Origin: a virus
Lineage: Duplodnaviria; Heunggongvirae; Uroviricota; Caudoviricetes
IMG/VR virus record: IMGVR_UViG_3300021438_000001
Span: 39,453-103,452 of that record
Length of the DNA: 64,000 bases
Reading direction: 5' to 3' (one strand)
Shown here: positions 35,891 through 45,784 of the stretch, piece after piece
How positions within the stretch are numbered: position 1 is the stretch's first letter
Layout of the letters: every line of letters begins with the position of its first letter
The notes under the pieces: generated by a model
The model's database searches: none
What the model saw: the letters and a program-made list of their open reading frames with translations, nothing else
Told to the model about the DNA's origin: nothing
Position numbers and translations under genes: made by a program

Positions 35891-36376
35891 ATGAACATCT
35901 TCGTCCTTCACCGCAACCCCACTGTGGCCGCGCAAATGGCCTGCGACAAGCATGTGGTCAAGATGATCTTGGAGACGTGCCAGATGCTGTCTGCCGTGCG
36001 GCTCCAGAACGGTCGTGAGGCGCCTTACAAGCTGACCCACGAGCATCACCCCTGCACGATCTGGGCAGGAACCTCGATGCACAACTACGCATGGCTCTGG
36101 AAGCATGGATGCGCCCTGAGCGATGAGTACACCTACCGATACGGAAAGGTTCACGCCTGCGATCAGTACCTGCAAGGGTCGCTGAAATGGGCGCCAGAGC
36201 TGCCACGTATCGGCCTCACGCCATTTGCGCTTGCGATGCCGGAGGAGTTTCGAGACTCCGATCCAGTCATCGCCTATCGCAAGTTCTATCTCGCAACCAA
36301 AGCGCGATTCGCCACCTGGCGCGAACGTGCCGAACCGCTGTGGTTCACCCTGCAAAACCCAGAATTGGAGGTCTAA
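35891..36376 (+). CDS. hypothetical protein; weak resemblance to the pyrimidine-dimer DNA glycosylase (DenV) N-terminus
   Basis: MNIFVLHRNPTVAAQMACDKHVVKMILE... loosely parallels [27 protein letters not shown]. Confidence 0.3.
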   Translation: MNIFVLHRNPTVAAQMACDKHVVKMILETCQMLSAVRLQNGREAPYKLTHEHHPCTIWAGTSMHNYAWLWKHGCALSDEYTYRYGKVHACDQYLQGSLKWAPELPRIGLTPFALAMPEEFRDSDPVIAYRKFYLATKARFATWRERAEPLWFTLQNPELEV

Positions 36377-36378
36377 AT

Positions 36379-36936
36379 ATGGCAGAAGTTATCCGCGACA
36401 TGATGTGTTCATTCCTGAAAGACAACAGCTACGGCCACATCCATAACTACATCGTTCCAGGGCTGACTAGCATGATGCTGGCCGAAGACCCCAACCATGA
36501 CGGTCAGAAGGTACGGCTCTTCCACAGTGCTCGAAACCATCAGGAACACATCACGCCGCACAGTCATCGGTTCGATCTCGCCTGCTGCGTTCTGGCAGGC
36601 AGCGTGACGAACTCGATCTGGTGTAAGAGGACAGGCCCGACTGGAGCTGATGAGTTTCAGGCCACTTCGCTCACGTACAAGGGCGAGCCAGGCCAATACG
36701 ACCGAGCCGATGCCGGTCGTGCCTTCTGGGGAAAGAAGGAGACAACCTATCATCCTTCGGACTGGTACTTTATGCGCCACTCGGACGTTCACTCCATTCA
36801 GTTCTCCCGTGACGCGCTCGTCCTCATCATCGAAGGCCCAAGCCTGACCGACACGACGACCATCATTGAGCCTGTGGTGAATGATGTAGTTGTGCCAACC
36901 TTCAAGGTTGAAGATTGGATGTTTCAGAAAGGCTGA
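36379..36936 (+). CDS. hypothetical protein (His-cluster, cupin-like?)
   Basis: GGAGG RBS; NHQEHITPHSHRFD; track start at 36187 over-extended. Confidence 0.4.
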   Translation: MAEVIRDMMCSFLKDNSYGHIHNYIVPGLTSMMLAEDPNHDGQKVRLFHSARNHQEHITPHSHRFDLACCVLAGSVTNSIWCKRTGPTGADEFQATSLTYKGEPGQYDRADAGRAFWGKKETTYHPSDWYFMRHSDVHSIQFSRDALVLIIEGPSLTDTTTIIEPVVNDVVVPTFKVEDWMFQKG

Positions 36937-36939
36937 CCG

Positions 36940-37380
36940 ATGATCTACTTGGACAAAACAGGGCTTCGCATCGACAAGGCGAAGTGGACTGAGCTGAAGA
37001 AGGACGAGAGCTACTCCGTCATCCGCGAATACGACAACGGCAAGGTTCGTGTTCGCCTGACCTGGCAGGGCAACCTGACACCGCAGCAGGCGTCTTCCTT
37101 CCGCGATACGTGGCCTGTCTTCTGCATCGGCGTGTGGAACTACCGCGCCGATGGCACGATGGTTCCAGACCCCGTGATCAACGGACAGACGTTCGCCACC
37201 ATTGACGAGGCGCTGAACACCTACGAGGAGTTCCTCATCACTTGGGCAGACGCCGAACTGAATGACGATGGCGATCTGATCGAGAAGGACAACTTGCTTG
37301 CGCCACCACCGCCACCTGACCCGAACAAGCCAGCGGATGTGGAGATCGAGGGTCTGACCGACTCGTTTGGCGCTTGGTAG
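36940..37380 (+). CDS. hypothetical protein
   Basis: 146-aa ORF. Confidence 0.45.
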   Translation: MIYLDKTGLRIDKAKWTELKKDESYSVIREYDNGKVRVRLTWQGNLTPQQASSFRDTWPVFCIGVWNYRADGTMVPDPVINGQTFATIDEALNTYEEFLITWADAELNDDGDLIEKDNLLAPPPPPDPNKPADVEIEGLTDSFGAW

Positions 37381-37837
37381 GGCGGCGGAGTACGGCAGCT
37401 AGGCTGAATAGTGACGTAGGCTTTTAATTCACTTTGCTATTCATCTTGGAGGCGGGGATTACCCGCCTTTCCAGTATCCATGCGGGTTCCAAGGCGGTTG
37501 CCTCGGCAAATTTATTATTCATGTTTCCATTCATGTCGCCTGTGGAACGCGTTGACTCTCCTGCCGGCGGCGACTATTCGCGCACACGCGCACGTATATT
37601 TAATTAGTTCCTACTGGCTAATGTCTCCTGTTGGATCGCCTGTGGTTTCGCTTGTTTGTCCTGTATCGGCGCATCACAATTCAAATATCGCAAAACGGTA
37701 TGACAATTTGATCAGCGAAGGCAATCTGAAAAGTCCCCAAGCAAAATGCTTGTAACTCCATGATTCGCTCGATACAGTTCAAATATCGCAAATGCGATGC
37801 CGTTCCACACTGTTCAATTTTTCAAGGAGTATTTTCC

Positions 37838-38596
37838 ATGACCAAAGCAAAGAAAACCACCAAAGCCGAAACCACCTTTCACATGGCCGGCACCCAGTCG
37901 AATATCGGTGACGCTATCGTGAACGATGGCATCCTCGCCGAAGCTCTGCTCGATGAGTTGGCGCTCGAAGACGCCGAGATCGTAGAGAGCCATGAAGTCG
38001 AAGACGCCATCGAAGCTGTCGCTGCCAAAGCTGACGTTGCTGACGCTGACGCCGAAGTGACCGCAGCGCCCAAGAAAGAGAAGAAGGCGAAAGCTCCGAA
38101 AGAGCCGAAAGAACCGAAAGCTCCTCGCATCACCAGCATCACGCACAAGCCTGGCGACCGTCTGGTGGCGCTGCTCGGTGACAAGTCGCACCTCCACTTC
38201 TTCATGTCGGACTCTGCCGAAGCGAACGAGGTGCGCGTCAACTCCTTCGTGGACGCCATGAACACTCGTGATGCCATCGCTGACAAGGTGAAGGACAAAG
38301 CGATCATGCTGTTCACTTGGCTCAAGTCGGAGAAGGGCGCTGACAGCCTCAACGAAGTCATGAAGCGCGCCTTCGAAGTTCTCAAGAAGGATGGCGAGCT
38401 GACTTCGGGCAAGAACGGCAACCTTCAGAGCAATCTGCTCGCCAAGCCGTACAGCCCAGGCACCGCAGCGTCTCAGGCGAATCAGATGTTCATGCTGTTC
38501 CCTCTGCTCGGCATCACGCAGCGCGAGAAGGGCAAGATGGTCGCTAACCCTGACAGCACCGTCCTGACTGTGGTCAACGCTCGTTTGGGCCTGTAA
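37838..38596 (+). CDS. hypothetical protein with acidic N half and K/E/P-rich linker (KKEKKAKAPKEPKEPKAPR)
   Basis: AAGGAG RBS. 460-nt regulatory leader with repeats upstream and a strong terminator downstream suggest high expression. Confidence 0.5.
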   Translation: MTKAKKTTKAETTFHMAGTQSNIGDAIVNDGILAEALLDELALEDAEIVESHEVEDAIEAVAAKADVADADAEVTAAPKKEKKAKAPKEPKEPKAPRITSITHKPGDRLVALLGDKSHLHFFMSDSAEANEVRVNSFVDAMNTRDAIADKVKDKAIMLFTWLKSEKGADSLNEVMKRAFEVLKKDGELTSGKNGNLQSNLLAKPYSPGTAASQANQMFMLFPLLGITQREKGKMVANPDSTVLTVVNARLGL

Positions 38597-38602
38597 GTCA
38601 CG

Positions 38603-38632
38603 ACTGAAGGAGGGCGCCTCGCGCCCCTCTTT
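38603..38632 (+). terminator. rho-independent terminator
   Basis: GGAGGGCGCCTCGCGCCCCTC hairpin followed by TTTCATTC. Confidence 0.55.
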
Positions 38633-38663
38633 CATTCAAGCGTCTTGGTTTTAGGGCGCTTCA

Positions 38664-38870
38664 ATGAAAGGCTTTTCACCGATGCACAGTTTTCAATATG
38701 CGGAGCAGGCAAAGATGCTCCAGATGATGCGTGAACGCGCTACGTATAAGGATATGGCGTTCAAGATGCAAGAGGCGTTAAAGGCTATTGCTGATGGTGG
38801 CGATGCCAAAATTATTGCTCAACAAACTTTGGATGAACTTCAAAAGGAGTATGGAAATGGACCTCAGTAA
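38664..38870 (+). CDS. hypothetical small protein
   Basis: 68-aa ORF. Confidence 0.3.
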   Translation: MKGFSPMHSFQYAEQAKMLQMMRERATYKDMAFKMQEALKAIADGGDAKIIAQQTLDELQKEYGNGPQ

Positions 38871-39240
38871 GCTAGAAGCTCTGAGTTCGGAAACCCTGCA
38901 AGCGGTCAGGGACAAGTGCATCGAAGTCCTGAAGGTGCGTGTCGGTGCCGCGATTCGTGTAGGAGCTATTGCATGGTTCAACGACAGCGCAGGCAAAAAG
39001 CGTTACATCAAGATCAAGCGAGTCAATGGAAAAACCATCAGCGGCGTCGAGTGGGATAACGAGTACAGCAAGGAATTGCCGATGCGCTGGAAGGTGTCGC
39101 CAATGATGCTGAACGTGGTGCTGGAGAAGAAGCGCGAACTGACCACGTTGGCAGCGCAGCGCCTGGCGCAAGAGCGAGAAGCCGCTGAACGAGCGGCAGC
39201 GGACAGACCAAAGGATGACGCATACGATTCGGCGTGGTAG
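38857..39240 (+). CDS. hypothetical protein
   Basis: AAGGAG RBS 7 nt before the ATG at 38857; track start at 38788 over-extended. Confidence 0.45.
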   Translation: MDLSKLEALSSETLQAVRDKCIEVLKVRVGAAIRVGAIAWFNDSAGKKRYIKIKRVNGKTISGVEWDNEYSKELPMRWKVSPMMLNVVLEKKRELTTLAAQRLAQEREAAERAAADRPKDDAYDSAW

Positions 39241-39248
39241 GCGCCAGA

Positions 39249-39278
39249 GGGGTTCGCCCCTCTTTTATTTGTGCGGAA
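39249..39278 (+). terminator. rho-independent terminator
   Basis: GAGGGGttcgCCCCTC followed by TTTTATTT. Confidence 0.65.
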
Positions 39279-39571
39279 ATGTCCTCGGCATAAGGGGTCG
39301 AATTGTGCCTCTTAACCCCTGAAACGCATCATAAAACGCGCATTACAACCCTTTAGGCATCATTTATGAGACGCGCTAGAACACGTTGGCCTTCGATTTC
39401 CACAGTGAGGTGCTACCTCGGTATCAACCGCACTGGAGGCGCGCTCTAATCGCTTCGACGCCGAAGGGTGTTGGCGAGATGAGTGGGGACGTGTGTGGGG
39501 CGGCTCAATGTCCTGGGGTCAGCGTTTACAGTTCAACTATCGAAGCAAGACAAGAAAGGAGCGACGATGAA

Positions 39572-40231
39572 ATGACCCCTGAAAGATTAGATCACATGAC
39601 CGTCCAGTACATCTGGGCATTGGAGAACGACCATGCGTTCATGGTGAAAGCCAGGCACGAGGTTGACCGAGGAAACTTCTCTCAGTTTCGGCGTTACGTG
39701 GGTGGGCACATTATGCCCATTCGCAGAGAGTTGGGTGAAGCTCATGCTCACGCGCTGTCAGGCGTCGAATGGTCGTATCTTTACCTTGAACTGTGGAACC
39801 GATTGGGTGGCAGTTGTTCGCCATACGGCTTCTCCAGCGAAAGCAATATGTCCGAGTTCCGCTATCAGTTGGACCGCCTCAATGAAGCGGACTACACCTA
39901 CACAACAAGCGGCGTTCAGAAATCGGCGCTCAAGCCTGTTGGAACTAACCCCTGTGCCGAGATTGCTCTCGGCGAATCACAACCCTGCATTTTGCAACCT
40001 CAAGAGGAACAAACCATGTCCATTATCAAAATCACCCACGTCACTTACATCAACGGCACTCCTGTCGAGAATATCAAGGACGACGAACTGATCGAAATCA
40101 TCAAGAAGGCGGAAGAGAATGTCGCCGAACTGAAGAAGGTGAAAGCCAAGAGCGAGAAGATCAAGACCAAGATCGCCGAACTGGAAGCTGGCATTGGCGA
40201 AGTGGTCGCAATTTTGGACGCTCGCGTCTAA
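39572..40231 (+). CDS. hypothetical protein (possibly two fused genes; internal candidate start at the MSIIKITHV segment)
   Basis: AAGGAG RBS upstream of the ATG at 39572; the track start at 39386 runs through an intergenic promoter region. Confidence 0.4.
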   Translation: MTPERLDHMTVQYIWALENDHAFMVKARHEVDRGNFSQFRRYVGGHIMPIRRELGEAHAHALSGVEWSYLYLELWNRLGGSCSPYGFSSESNMSEFRYQLDRLNEADYTYTTSGVQKSALKPVGTNPCAEIALGESQPCILQPQEEQTMSIIKITHVTYINGTPVENIKDDELIEIIKKAEENVAELKKVKAKSEKIKTKIAELEAGIGEVVAILDARV

Positions 40232-40329
40232 TTGGCGATCTGCGTGGGTAAGTCACTGCTGAGTATTGCATGTCCAATACTCGGTGGTGAAAATTCAATT
40301 GTCGATTTTGACTTAACCGGAGAACGAAT

Positions 40330-40740
40330 ATGGGACTCGATATGTATGCCTACACCGCACCTGTGGAGCTGGTGGGCGATCAACAAGTGGACGTAAATGA
40401 CAAGCTGTTCAAGGACGGCAACGCTGTCGAAGGCGTCGATACCGACTTCGCTTACTGGCGCAAGTTCAACAACCTGCACGGCTGGATGGAGTCGCTCTAT
40501 CGCAGCAAGGGCGGCACAGGCGCTGACTTCAACTGCAACACAGTGCGGCTGATGCCTGAAGACCTCGACCGGCTGGAGTCGCTTGCGTCACTGAAAGCTC
40601 TGCCACCGACTGAAGGTTTCTTCTTTGGCGGCCAGGAAGAGTTTGATGACGATGACAAGGCGAATGTCTTGGAGTTCGTCAAGAAAGCACGCCAAGCGAT
40701 CAGCGAAGGCAAGGCTGTTTTCTACGATTCGTGGTGGTAA
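40330..40740 (+). CDS. hypothetical protein
   Basis: 136-aa ORF. Confidence 0.45.
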   Translation: MGLDMYAYTAPVELVGDQQVDVNDKLFKDGNAVEGVDTDFAYWRKFNNLHGWMESLYRSKGGTGADFNCNTVRLMPEDLDRLESLASLKALPPTEGFFFGGQEEFDDDDKANVLEFVKKARQAISEGKAVFYDSWW

Positions 40741-40742
40741 GT

Positions 40743-41468
40743 ATGAAGGTCGTCCACATTGATTCTGTCTCCAACGTCGAGACATTCAACGTCACTGCCG
40801 GCGCCCTGCGCGTCACCGACCCCTGCTACGACATGGCGACATGGTGTGCGGGTACGTTGGACAAGGTGCGTAACGGCACTTGGGACGCTCACGTCGGCTA
40901 CCACAAGGACAAGCTCGACATGGAGATGAGCGCCAAGTGGCGCCAGAAGACCGCCGAGAAGATGGAAGCGGCGAAAGCGAATGGCAATGAGGCGTTGGCG
41001 GCAATGTACGCCTCTGATGTTGCGCGGTACGACGAAGGTGCTGCCGCCTACATCGGTCGGGTTGCCTACATCCACATCGTCGCTCAAGGCTTCGAGAAGG
41101 AGTTCGACCCCACAACGGAGCTGAACTTCAATTGGGAACGCTCCGACATTGATGTTGGCGTGGACTCGGGTCAGGCGGGGTTCTTCGACGTTGCCAAGTA
41201 CGCGCTGTCGGTCGCAGACAAGGACGACAGCCGATCACGACGAGACTCGCAGGACTCGACGTTCGAAGCCTTTTATGACTCCGTGTGCAACCTGACGCTG
41301 GAGGATAAGAGTTTTGGCGTCGTTGAGTTCGGAGCAGTGTCGAGTTCAGGCTACGGCGATGGCGGCTACACCTGCTACTTCCGGCGCAACAGCTTGGGCG
41401 AAGTCATCGAGGCGATGATCACCTTCCTCGAAGACTGCGAAGACGAAGACACGGAACAGGCTGATTGA
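40743..41468 (+). CDS. hypothetical protein
   Basis: ATG at 40743; the track's GTG start at 40731 overlaps the previous stop. Confidence 0.45.
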   Translation: MKVVHIDSVSNVETFNVTAGALRVTDPCYDMATWCAGTLDKVRNGTWDAHVGYHKDKLDMEMSAKWRQKTAEKMEAAKANGNEALAAMYASDVARYDEGAAAYIGRVAYIHIVAQGFEKEFDPTTELNFNWERSDIDVGVDSGQAGFFDVAKYALSVADKDDSRSRRDSQDSTFEAFYDSVCNLTLEDKSFGVVEFGAVSSSGYGDGGYTCYFRRNSLGEVIEAMITFLEDCEDEDTEQAD

Positions 41469-41551
41469 TTGGGTAAGTCACAAGTGACGTTGCAAGTCCA
41501 ATAGTCACTTGTGACAATTAACTCATCAGCAACAAAGACAAGGAGAACGCG

Positions 41552-41761
41552 ATGTTCAACATAGGCACACGAATCAAGGTGAACGATCACCACTGGATCA
41601 CTGGCACCGTGGTCGGGTTCGCCACCTACCAAAGCGCCCACTACGCAACGATGCACCCCGCCTACTGTGTGCGTCTTGACAAGGGGCATTGGGTGGACGA
41701 CAACAAAGCCTTCATTGACACCGTTCTCGTGTCCGCAGATCGCGCAGAGGAGATCGAGTGA
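41552..41761 (+). CDS. hypothetical small protein
   Basis: AAGGAGAAC RBS. Confidence 0.4.
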   Translation: MFNIGTRIKVNDHHWITGTVVGFATYQSAHYATMHPAYCVRLDKGHWVDDNKAFIDTVLVSADRAEEIE

Positions 41762-41967
41762 TGAGACTTCTCATGATTCAGGGCGATCACGTCGGCGTCT
41801 ACGAAGCCGGCACAACTGACCGCCGATACATCAAGCAGTTGGCGATCTTTGCTGGCGCAGATCAATTGGATGCTGAGTCTGCCGAGCAGCTTCGCCTGAC
41901 ACCCAAGCGCAAGCTCGAAGCAGCCCCTTTGGAGAAAGAAGGACTCAATGGCAGTAGCGAAGTGTGA
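41758..41967 (+). CDS. hypothetical small protein
   Basis: ATGA-coupled. Confidence 0.35.
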   Translation: MMRLLMIQGDHVGVYEAGTTDRRYIKQLAIFAGADQLDAESAEQLRLTPKRKLEAAPLEKEGLNGSSEV

Positions 41968-42646
41968 GTTCATCTGGGGAGAGGATAAAGAGTACGGTAG
42001 CGATGGCTGGATTCCCAAAGCCATGCCTACTTTCAACGCGATGCGCGGCTTAGGCGTGGCGCATGACGTGATGGAGCATTCCGAGATCACGGCTGGGACG
42101 CTGGAAGAGGAAGTCATGGCGTTTGGCGCGATGATCTACGTGCGAATGGATGGCGGTTACTTCCACTACAAGCCAACCATGTATCACCGCCCATCCGAAA
42201 TCATGCCTTCGGATTTGGCGCAGTTCACGCAAGAACGCTTTTGGAACAAGAGCAAAGTATTGGCCGACATGCCCTGGCGCCCTCGTCACATCGACGGTTG
42301 GGAAGAGGAGCTGGTTGAGGTCGTCAACAAGACGATGAAGGCGCTGCGTGAGGAGTTCTTCAGCGCAGAGCAGATGCTGGATTTTCGCATCGCCAACCCT
42401 CGGTTCAAGGAGCTGCTGCTGCGCTGGATGCGAAAGGGGTATTGGCGTGCCCGCAAGAGATACCGCCGCACTGCGTCCTACAACCTCAGTCACACGTTCC
42501 ACGAGATCGAGCAGGTGGTGGATCGCTACTCCAACGGTGCTGAGATTGGCGATCTACTCACGGTGTCCGTCAGTGTCGCGGCAAGTGGACGCACCGATCA
42601 CAAAGTCATCCACACACCAGTTTGGGAGACTTATGAAGACTACTAA
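41948..42646 (+). CDS. hypothetical protein
   Basis: 232-aa ORF. Confidence 0.45.
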   Translation: MAVAKCEFIWGEDKEYGSDGWIPKAMPTFNAMRGLGVAHDVMEHSEITAGTLEEEVMAFGAMIYVRMDGGYFHYKPTMYHRPSEIMPSDLAQFTQERFWNKSKVLADMPWRPRHIDGWEEELVEVVNKTMKALREEFFSAEQMLDFRIANPRFKELLLRWMRKGYWRARKRYRRTASYNLSHTFHEIEQVVDRYSNGAEIGDLLTVSVSVAASGRTDHKVIHTPVWETYEDY

Positions 42647-42724
42647 GTCGCCTGCGTTTTCGGTTGTTTGTCCATAAGTCAGTGGTGACAATAGATATAA
42701 GACAAACAAACGAAGGAGCGATTC

Positions 42725-42952
42725 ATGTCTTACAACTTCACCCTAACGAAGAAGGTTGGTAAATGGGAAGTGAATATCGACCCTGAAGCCATGTACGGAT
42801 ACTTCGAACACGATGATTTTGGCGAGGGTGGTGGCCTGTGGTTCAACGAAGCGAAAGAGCTTGTGGACTATGACGGCGTGATGATCTTGCCCAAGAACGT
42901 CGAGCAGGCAATTCATGAAGCCGGTTACAAGCTGGAGGATGACGATGCCTAA
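42725..42952 (+). CDS. hypothetical small protein
   Basis: GAAGGAG RBS. Confidence 0.45.
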   Translation: MSYNFTLTKKVGKWEVNIDPEAMYGYFEHDDFGEGGGLWFNEAKELVDYDGVMILPKNVEQAIHEAGYKLEDDDA

Positions 42953-43121
42953 GTACATCCGAATCGACTTGCTCGAAATGCCGCCTGGCTGTCACCCGAT
43001 GGGCGAGCCGGATGATTGGCTCGAAGACTTCAAGCGGCAACTGGAGCGCACGTTGGAGAACCAAGGTGCATCAGCCATCGTAACCATCAAAGAGGAGAAC
43101 GACGATGTTCCGAATGAGTAA
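42945..43121 (+). CDS. hypothetical small protein
   Basis: Start overlaps the previous stop. Confidence 0.35.
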   Translation: MPKYIRIDLLEMPPGCHPMGEPDDWLEDFKRQLERTLENQGASAIVTIKEENDDVPNE

Positions 43122-43275
43122 CGCCCGACCCGCCACCTGCAAGGTGATCGAAAAGATGGAGCAGGGTCTGCTTGACCCCATGACCGTCGCAAAAGCCTGT
43201 CTCGACTACATGAGCGAAGACGATGTGAAGGACATGGCTGAGTCCGAAGAATTTATTGACACTGAGGAGGAATGA
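43105..43275 (+). CDS. hypothetical acidic small protein
   Basis: AGAGGAGAA RBS; 56 aa. Confidence 0.3.
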   Translation: MFRMSNARPATCKVIEKMEQGLLDPMTVAKACLDYMSEDDVKDMAESEEFIDTEEE

Positions 43276-43276
43276 A

Positions 43277-43630
43277 ATGCTCGAACGCCGATTCAACAAG
43301 TGCCTGAAGACACTGCTACGCACAGGCCCCGCGCCTGACGATCAGAAGACTTTCGTTATCCCCTACGAGGGCAACCTGACCGCACCCAAGTTCGAGACGT
43401 TGGCCGACAAGTTCGCCCAAGTCATCGCCCCCTTCTATACCAACAAGCATGGCGTCACTTTTGAGCATGTTCGGGAGCAAGCACTGAAGCGCCTCAAGAG
43501 CGAGTGGTACACCGGACGCGAGAAGAACGTGACCCTGTGCCAAAGCAGCACGACAGGCAACTACAAGCTCGAAGGGGGGGGCTGGTGGATGTCCAACTAT
43601 CCCCGCGATCACTTCGTCATCGTGGAGTAA
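43277..43630 (+). CDS. hypothetical protein
   Basis: GAGGAGGAA RBS. Confidence 0.45.
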   Translation: MLERRFNKCLKTLLRTGPAPDDQKTFVIPYEGNLTAPKFETLADKFAQVIAPFYTNKHGVTFEHVREQALKRLKSEWYTGREKNVTLCQSSTTGNYKLEGGGWWMSNYPRDHFVIVE

Positions 43631-43633
43631 GCC

Positions 43634-43816
43634 ATGAGTTACGCCGAAGCAATTAACCAAGCACTTCAGGAACGCGCCGACCAGCTCCGCGACTACGGTG
43701 GACTCTTGGCGCAGGCCGGCATTCCCCTGGCAGAAGCCGAAGTCCAATCGTTCGAAGATTGGAAGTTGGTGAAGCAGGGGCACGAGCGTCAACGCTTCGA
43801 TTACCCCAATGGTTGA
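43634..43816 (+). CDS. hypothetical small protein
   Basis: 60-aa ORF. Confidence 0.35.
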   Translation: MSYAEAINQALQERADQLRDYGGLLAQAGIPLAEAEVQSFEDWKLVKQGHERQRFDYPNG

Positions 43817-43901
43817 CGCAAGATCGCCTGCATTTTCTGTTGTAGGCGCTTAAGTCACTGGTGACAATACAAATACCGCAACACGTTTTGAAAGGATCGT
43901 T

Positions 43902-44246
43902 ATGACACCCCAAGAGCTTCGCTCCAACCTACGCATGTTCACAGGCTGCGAACAACCGTTCAAGCACGCCATTTCCAAGATGCTCTACACCGATGGCGTC
44001 CAGTATTTCGCCAAGAACGCCGGCGCCTACTGGTTTCTCGACATTGTTGGCACCGAGGTGCTGCCTCAAGGTCATGAGTTCGCCGTTGTGAAGCTCGTGT
44101 CCAAAGACAGCAAGGGCACAGTCGTTGTGGAAGACGGCAAAGACAACTTCATTTGGCAGAAGGCCATCGACTACACCGATGCGCCTGTAGGCGTGTGGAG
44201 CTTCTACCTCATCAATGGCATGTTGCTGCTGCCTTCGGAGTACTGA
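43902..44246 (+). CDS. hypothetical protein
   Basis: RBS AAAGGA. Confidence 0.45.
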   Translation: MTPQELRSNLRMFTGCEQPFKHAISKMLYTDGVQYFAKNAGAYWFLDIVGTEVLPQGHEFAVVKLVSKDSKGTVVVEDGKDNFIWQKAIDYTDAPVGVWSFYLINGMLLLPSEY

Positions 44247-44248
44247 TC

Positions 44249-44473
44249 ATGAGCAAAATCAAAGTAGGCGATTTCGTCATTTGGCGCGGTGCGTTTGGCT
44301 CTGACCCCGCCAAGCCCGCAAAGATCGAGTCCATGCAGCTGACTGAGCATCCGCGCTCCAAGTACGGTGAGGATGTCGAAGAGGCAGATTGGGCGCAGAA
44401 GAACTACCTCATCGTCACCCTGACCAACGGTCATTGGGCCTACGGTGAGCAGCTCCAGCCGATGCAGTCATGA
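44249..44473 (+). CDS. hypothetical small protein
   Basis: ATG at 44249; the track's longer version starts inside the previous gene. Confidence 0.4.
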   Translation: MSKIKVGDFVIWRGAFGSDPAKPAKIESMQLTEHPRSKYGEDVEEADWAQKNYLIVTLTNGHWAYGEQLQPMQS

Positions 44474-44823
44474 AGAAGCGCCGCAACCCAACCAAAGCTG
44501 AACGCGAGGCGATGGAAGCGTTCGACGCTATGCAGCGCAAGTGGGCGAATGTACCCAAGTTCTCGCGTTCTAACATTGGCAGTGTTAGATGCAGCGCCGA
44601 TGTTACAAGCGGACTGCCCAAGCTCACGACACCGCCTGGGCGCAGCGCCGGACGAGAGTTCAAGTCGCTCGACACAGGCGGGTCAGGCGGCACCAAACCT
44701 GTGATCGGCAGACGCTACACAGGAACCAAGATGATTGGCATTGGCACACTCCATAAGAGCAATGCCGTGCCTGTGTTCAGTACTGACGAGGCGACCGAAA
44801 TGGCGCGCATGAGGAGAGGATGA
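44470..44823 (+). CDS. hypothetical basic protein
   Basis: ATGA-coupled. Confidence 0.4.
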   Translation: MKKRRNPTKAEREAMEAFDAMQRKWANVPKFSRSNIGSVRCSADVTSGLPKLTTPPGRSAGREFKSLDTGGSGGTKPVIGRRYTGTKMIGIGTLHKSNAVPVFSTDEATEMARMRRG

Positions 44824-45032
44824 TGGGAATGTGCGACCCTAAAGCTATTCGCAATGGCAAAGCCTGGGCTGACGTGGTGAACGAGCCAGGCTTCATCACT
44901 CAAGCGATGAAAGACCTCCACGTCGAGCGGCATGGGATTGTGAAAGGCGTAGTGATTGGCACCATTTCAAGTCCATCGCTTGCAAGTTACAGTAAGTCAT
45001 CGGTGAATGAAACAGAAAGGACTACACCATGA
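44820..45032 (+). CDS. hypothetical small protein
   Basis: ATGA-coupled. Confidence 0.3.
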   Translation: MMGMCDPKAIRNGKAWADVVNEPGFITQAMKDLHVERHGIVKGVVIGTISSPSLASYSKSSVNETERTTP

Positions 45033-45217
45033 CTCCCAAGCAACGCGCAGAACTGGCAATGGCCGCACTCGACGCAGCTTGCCTACACATTCAAGAGCAA
45101 TTGGGCCAAGACGATGGCGGTGTCGCCGGCATCTTCTTTTCTGGGCCGGAAGGCGAACAGATCGTCCGGACTTTCGACCAGTACATCCAGCTCGAACTAA
45201 GCATGAAGGAGAGCTGA
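45029..45217 (+). CDS. hypothetical small protein
   Basis: 62-aa ORF. Confidence 0.35.
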   Translation: MTPKQRAELAMAALDAACLHIQEQLGQDDGGVAGIFFSGPEGEQIVRTFDQYIQLELSMKES

Positions 45218-45441
45218 TGGCTGGAAGATTACCCAAACGACTAGTCGAGGCATTTCGCCTTTATGCACGAGAAGGGTTCACGGTCAAAGCCTGTGAACGA
45301 GCATCAAAACACTGGCGTGTCCATTTCAATGAGTTCCCTGAGACGCAGTTTCTAACCGCCAATCAGGTTGACCAGCACGCCATCAAGAACAACTTGGCAA
45401 GGTTCAGACGCCTGGCCGCAGCAAAGGAGAAAACCGAATGA
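45217..45441 (+). CDS. hypothetical small protein
   Basis: ATGA-coupled. Confidence 0.35.
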   Translation: MAGRLPKRLVEAFRLYAREGFTVKACERASKHWRVHFNEFPETQFLTANQVDQHAIKNNLARFRRLAAAKEKTE

Positions 45442-45761
45442 AACTCAGCGAAGTCTTCCGCGAAGCCAAGACCGACCTTTGGAATGGTCGCGGACAGCAA
45501 TGTCAGGCTCGATTCATCTGCCACGCAATAAATCGGCAGTTCGTCCGGCATCCGCTACATGACGAAAGCATCTATGAAGCCAAGCAAGTGATCGCCCAAC
45601 TGCTCGAAGGTCACGTCACGCTGGATGACTGGCTCATGGCTAAAGGGCATGCCAAGCCCCACGAGATCATCACAAAGAAAGGACGAGACGAAAAGCTCCA
45701 AGCGACAAGACACGCTTGGCTCGACCACCTCATCCAGCACTACGAATCTATCGGCAACTAA
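45438..45761 (+). CDS. hypothetical protein
   Basis: ATGA-coupled. Confidence 0.4.
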   Translation: MKLSEVFREAKTDLWNGRGQQCQARFICHAINRQFVRHPLHDESIYEAKQVIAQLLEGHVTLDDWLMAKGHAKPHEIITKKGRDEKLQATRHAWLDHLIQHYESIGN

Positions 45762-45784
45762 GTAGCACCAAAGGAGTACCCATC

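Noticed and set aside
35757-35893. GTG-started 45-aa highly basic ORF (VKRKKKKAPKQRNPV...)
   Set aside because: Possible ribosomal-protein-like peptide, but support is only a GTGA overlap; too weak to list as a feature.
39386-39571. Upstream extension of track ORF 39386..40231 (and similarly 36187-36378, 16492-16650, 25507-25632, 29312-29485)
   Set aside because: These extensions cross intergenic regions that hold terminators and promoter-like motifs; internal ATGs with proper RBS and coupling to neighbours are preferred.
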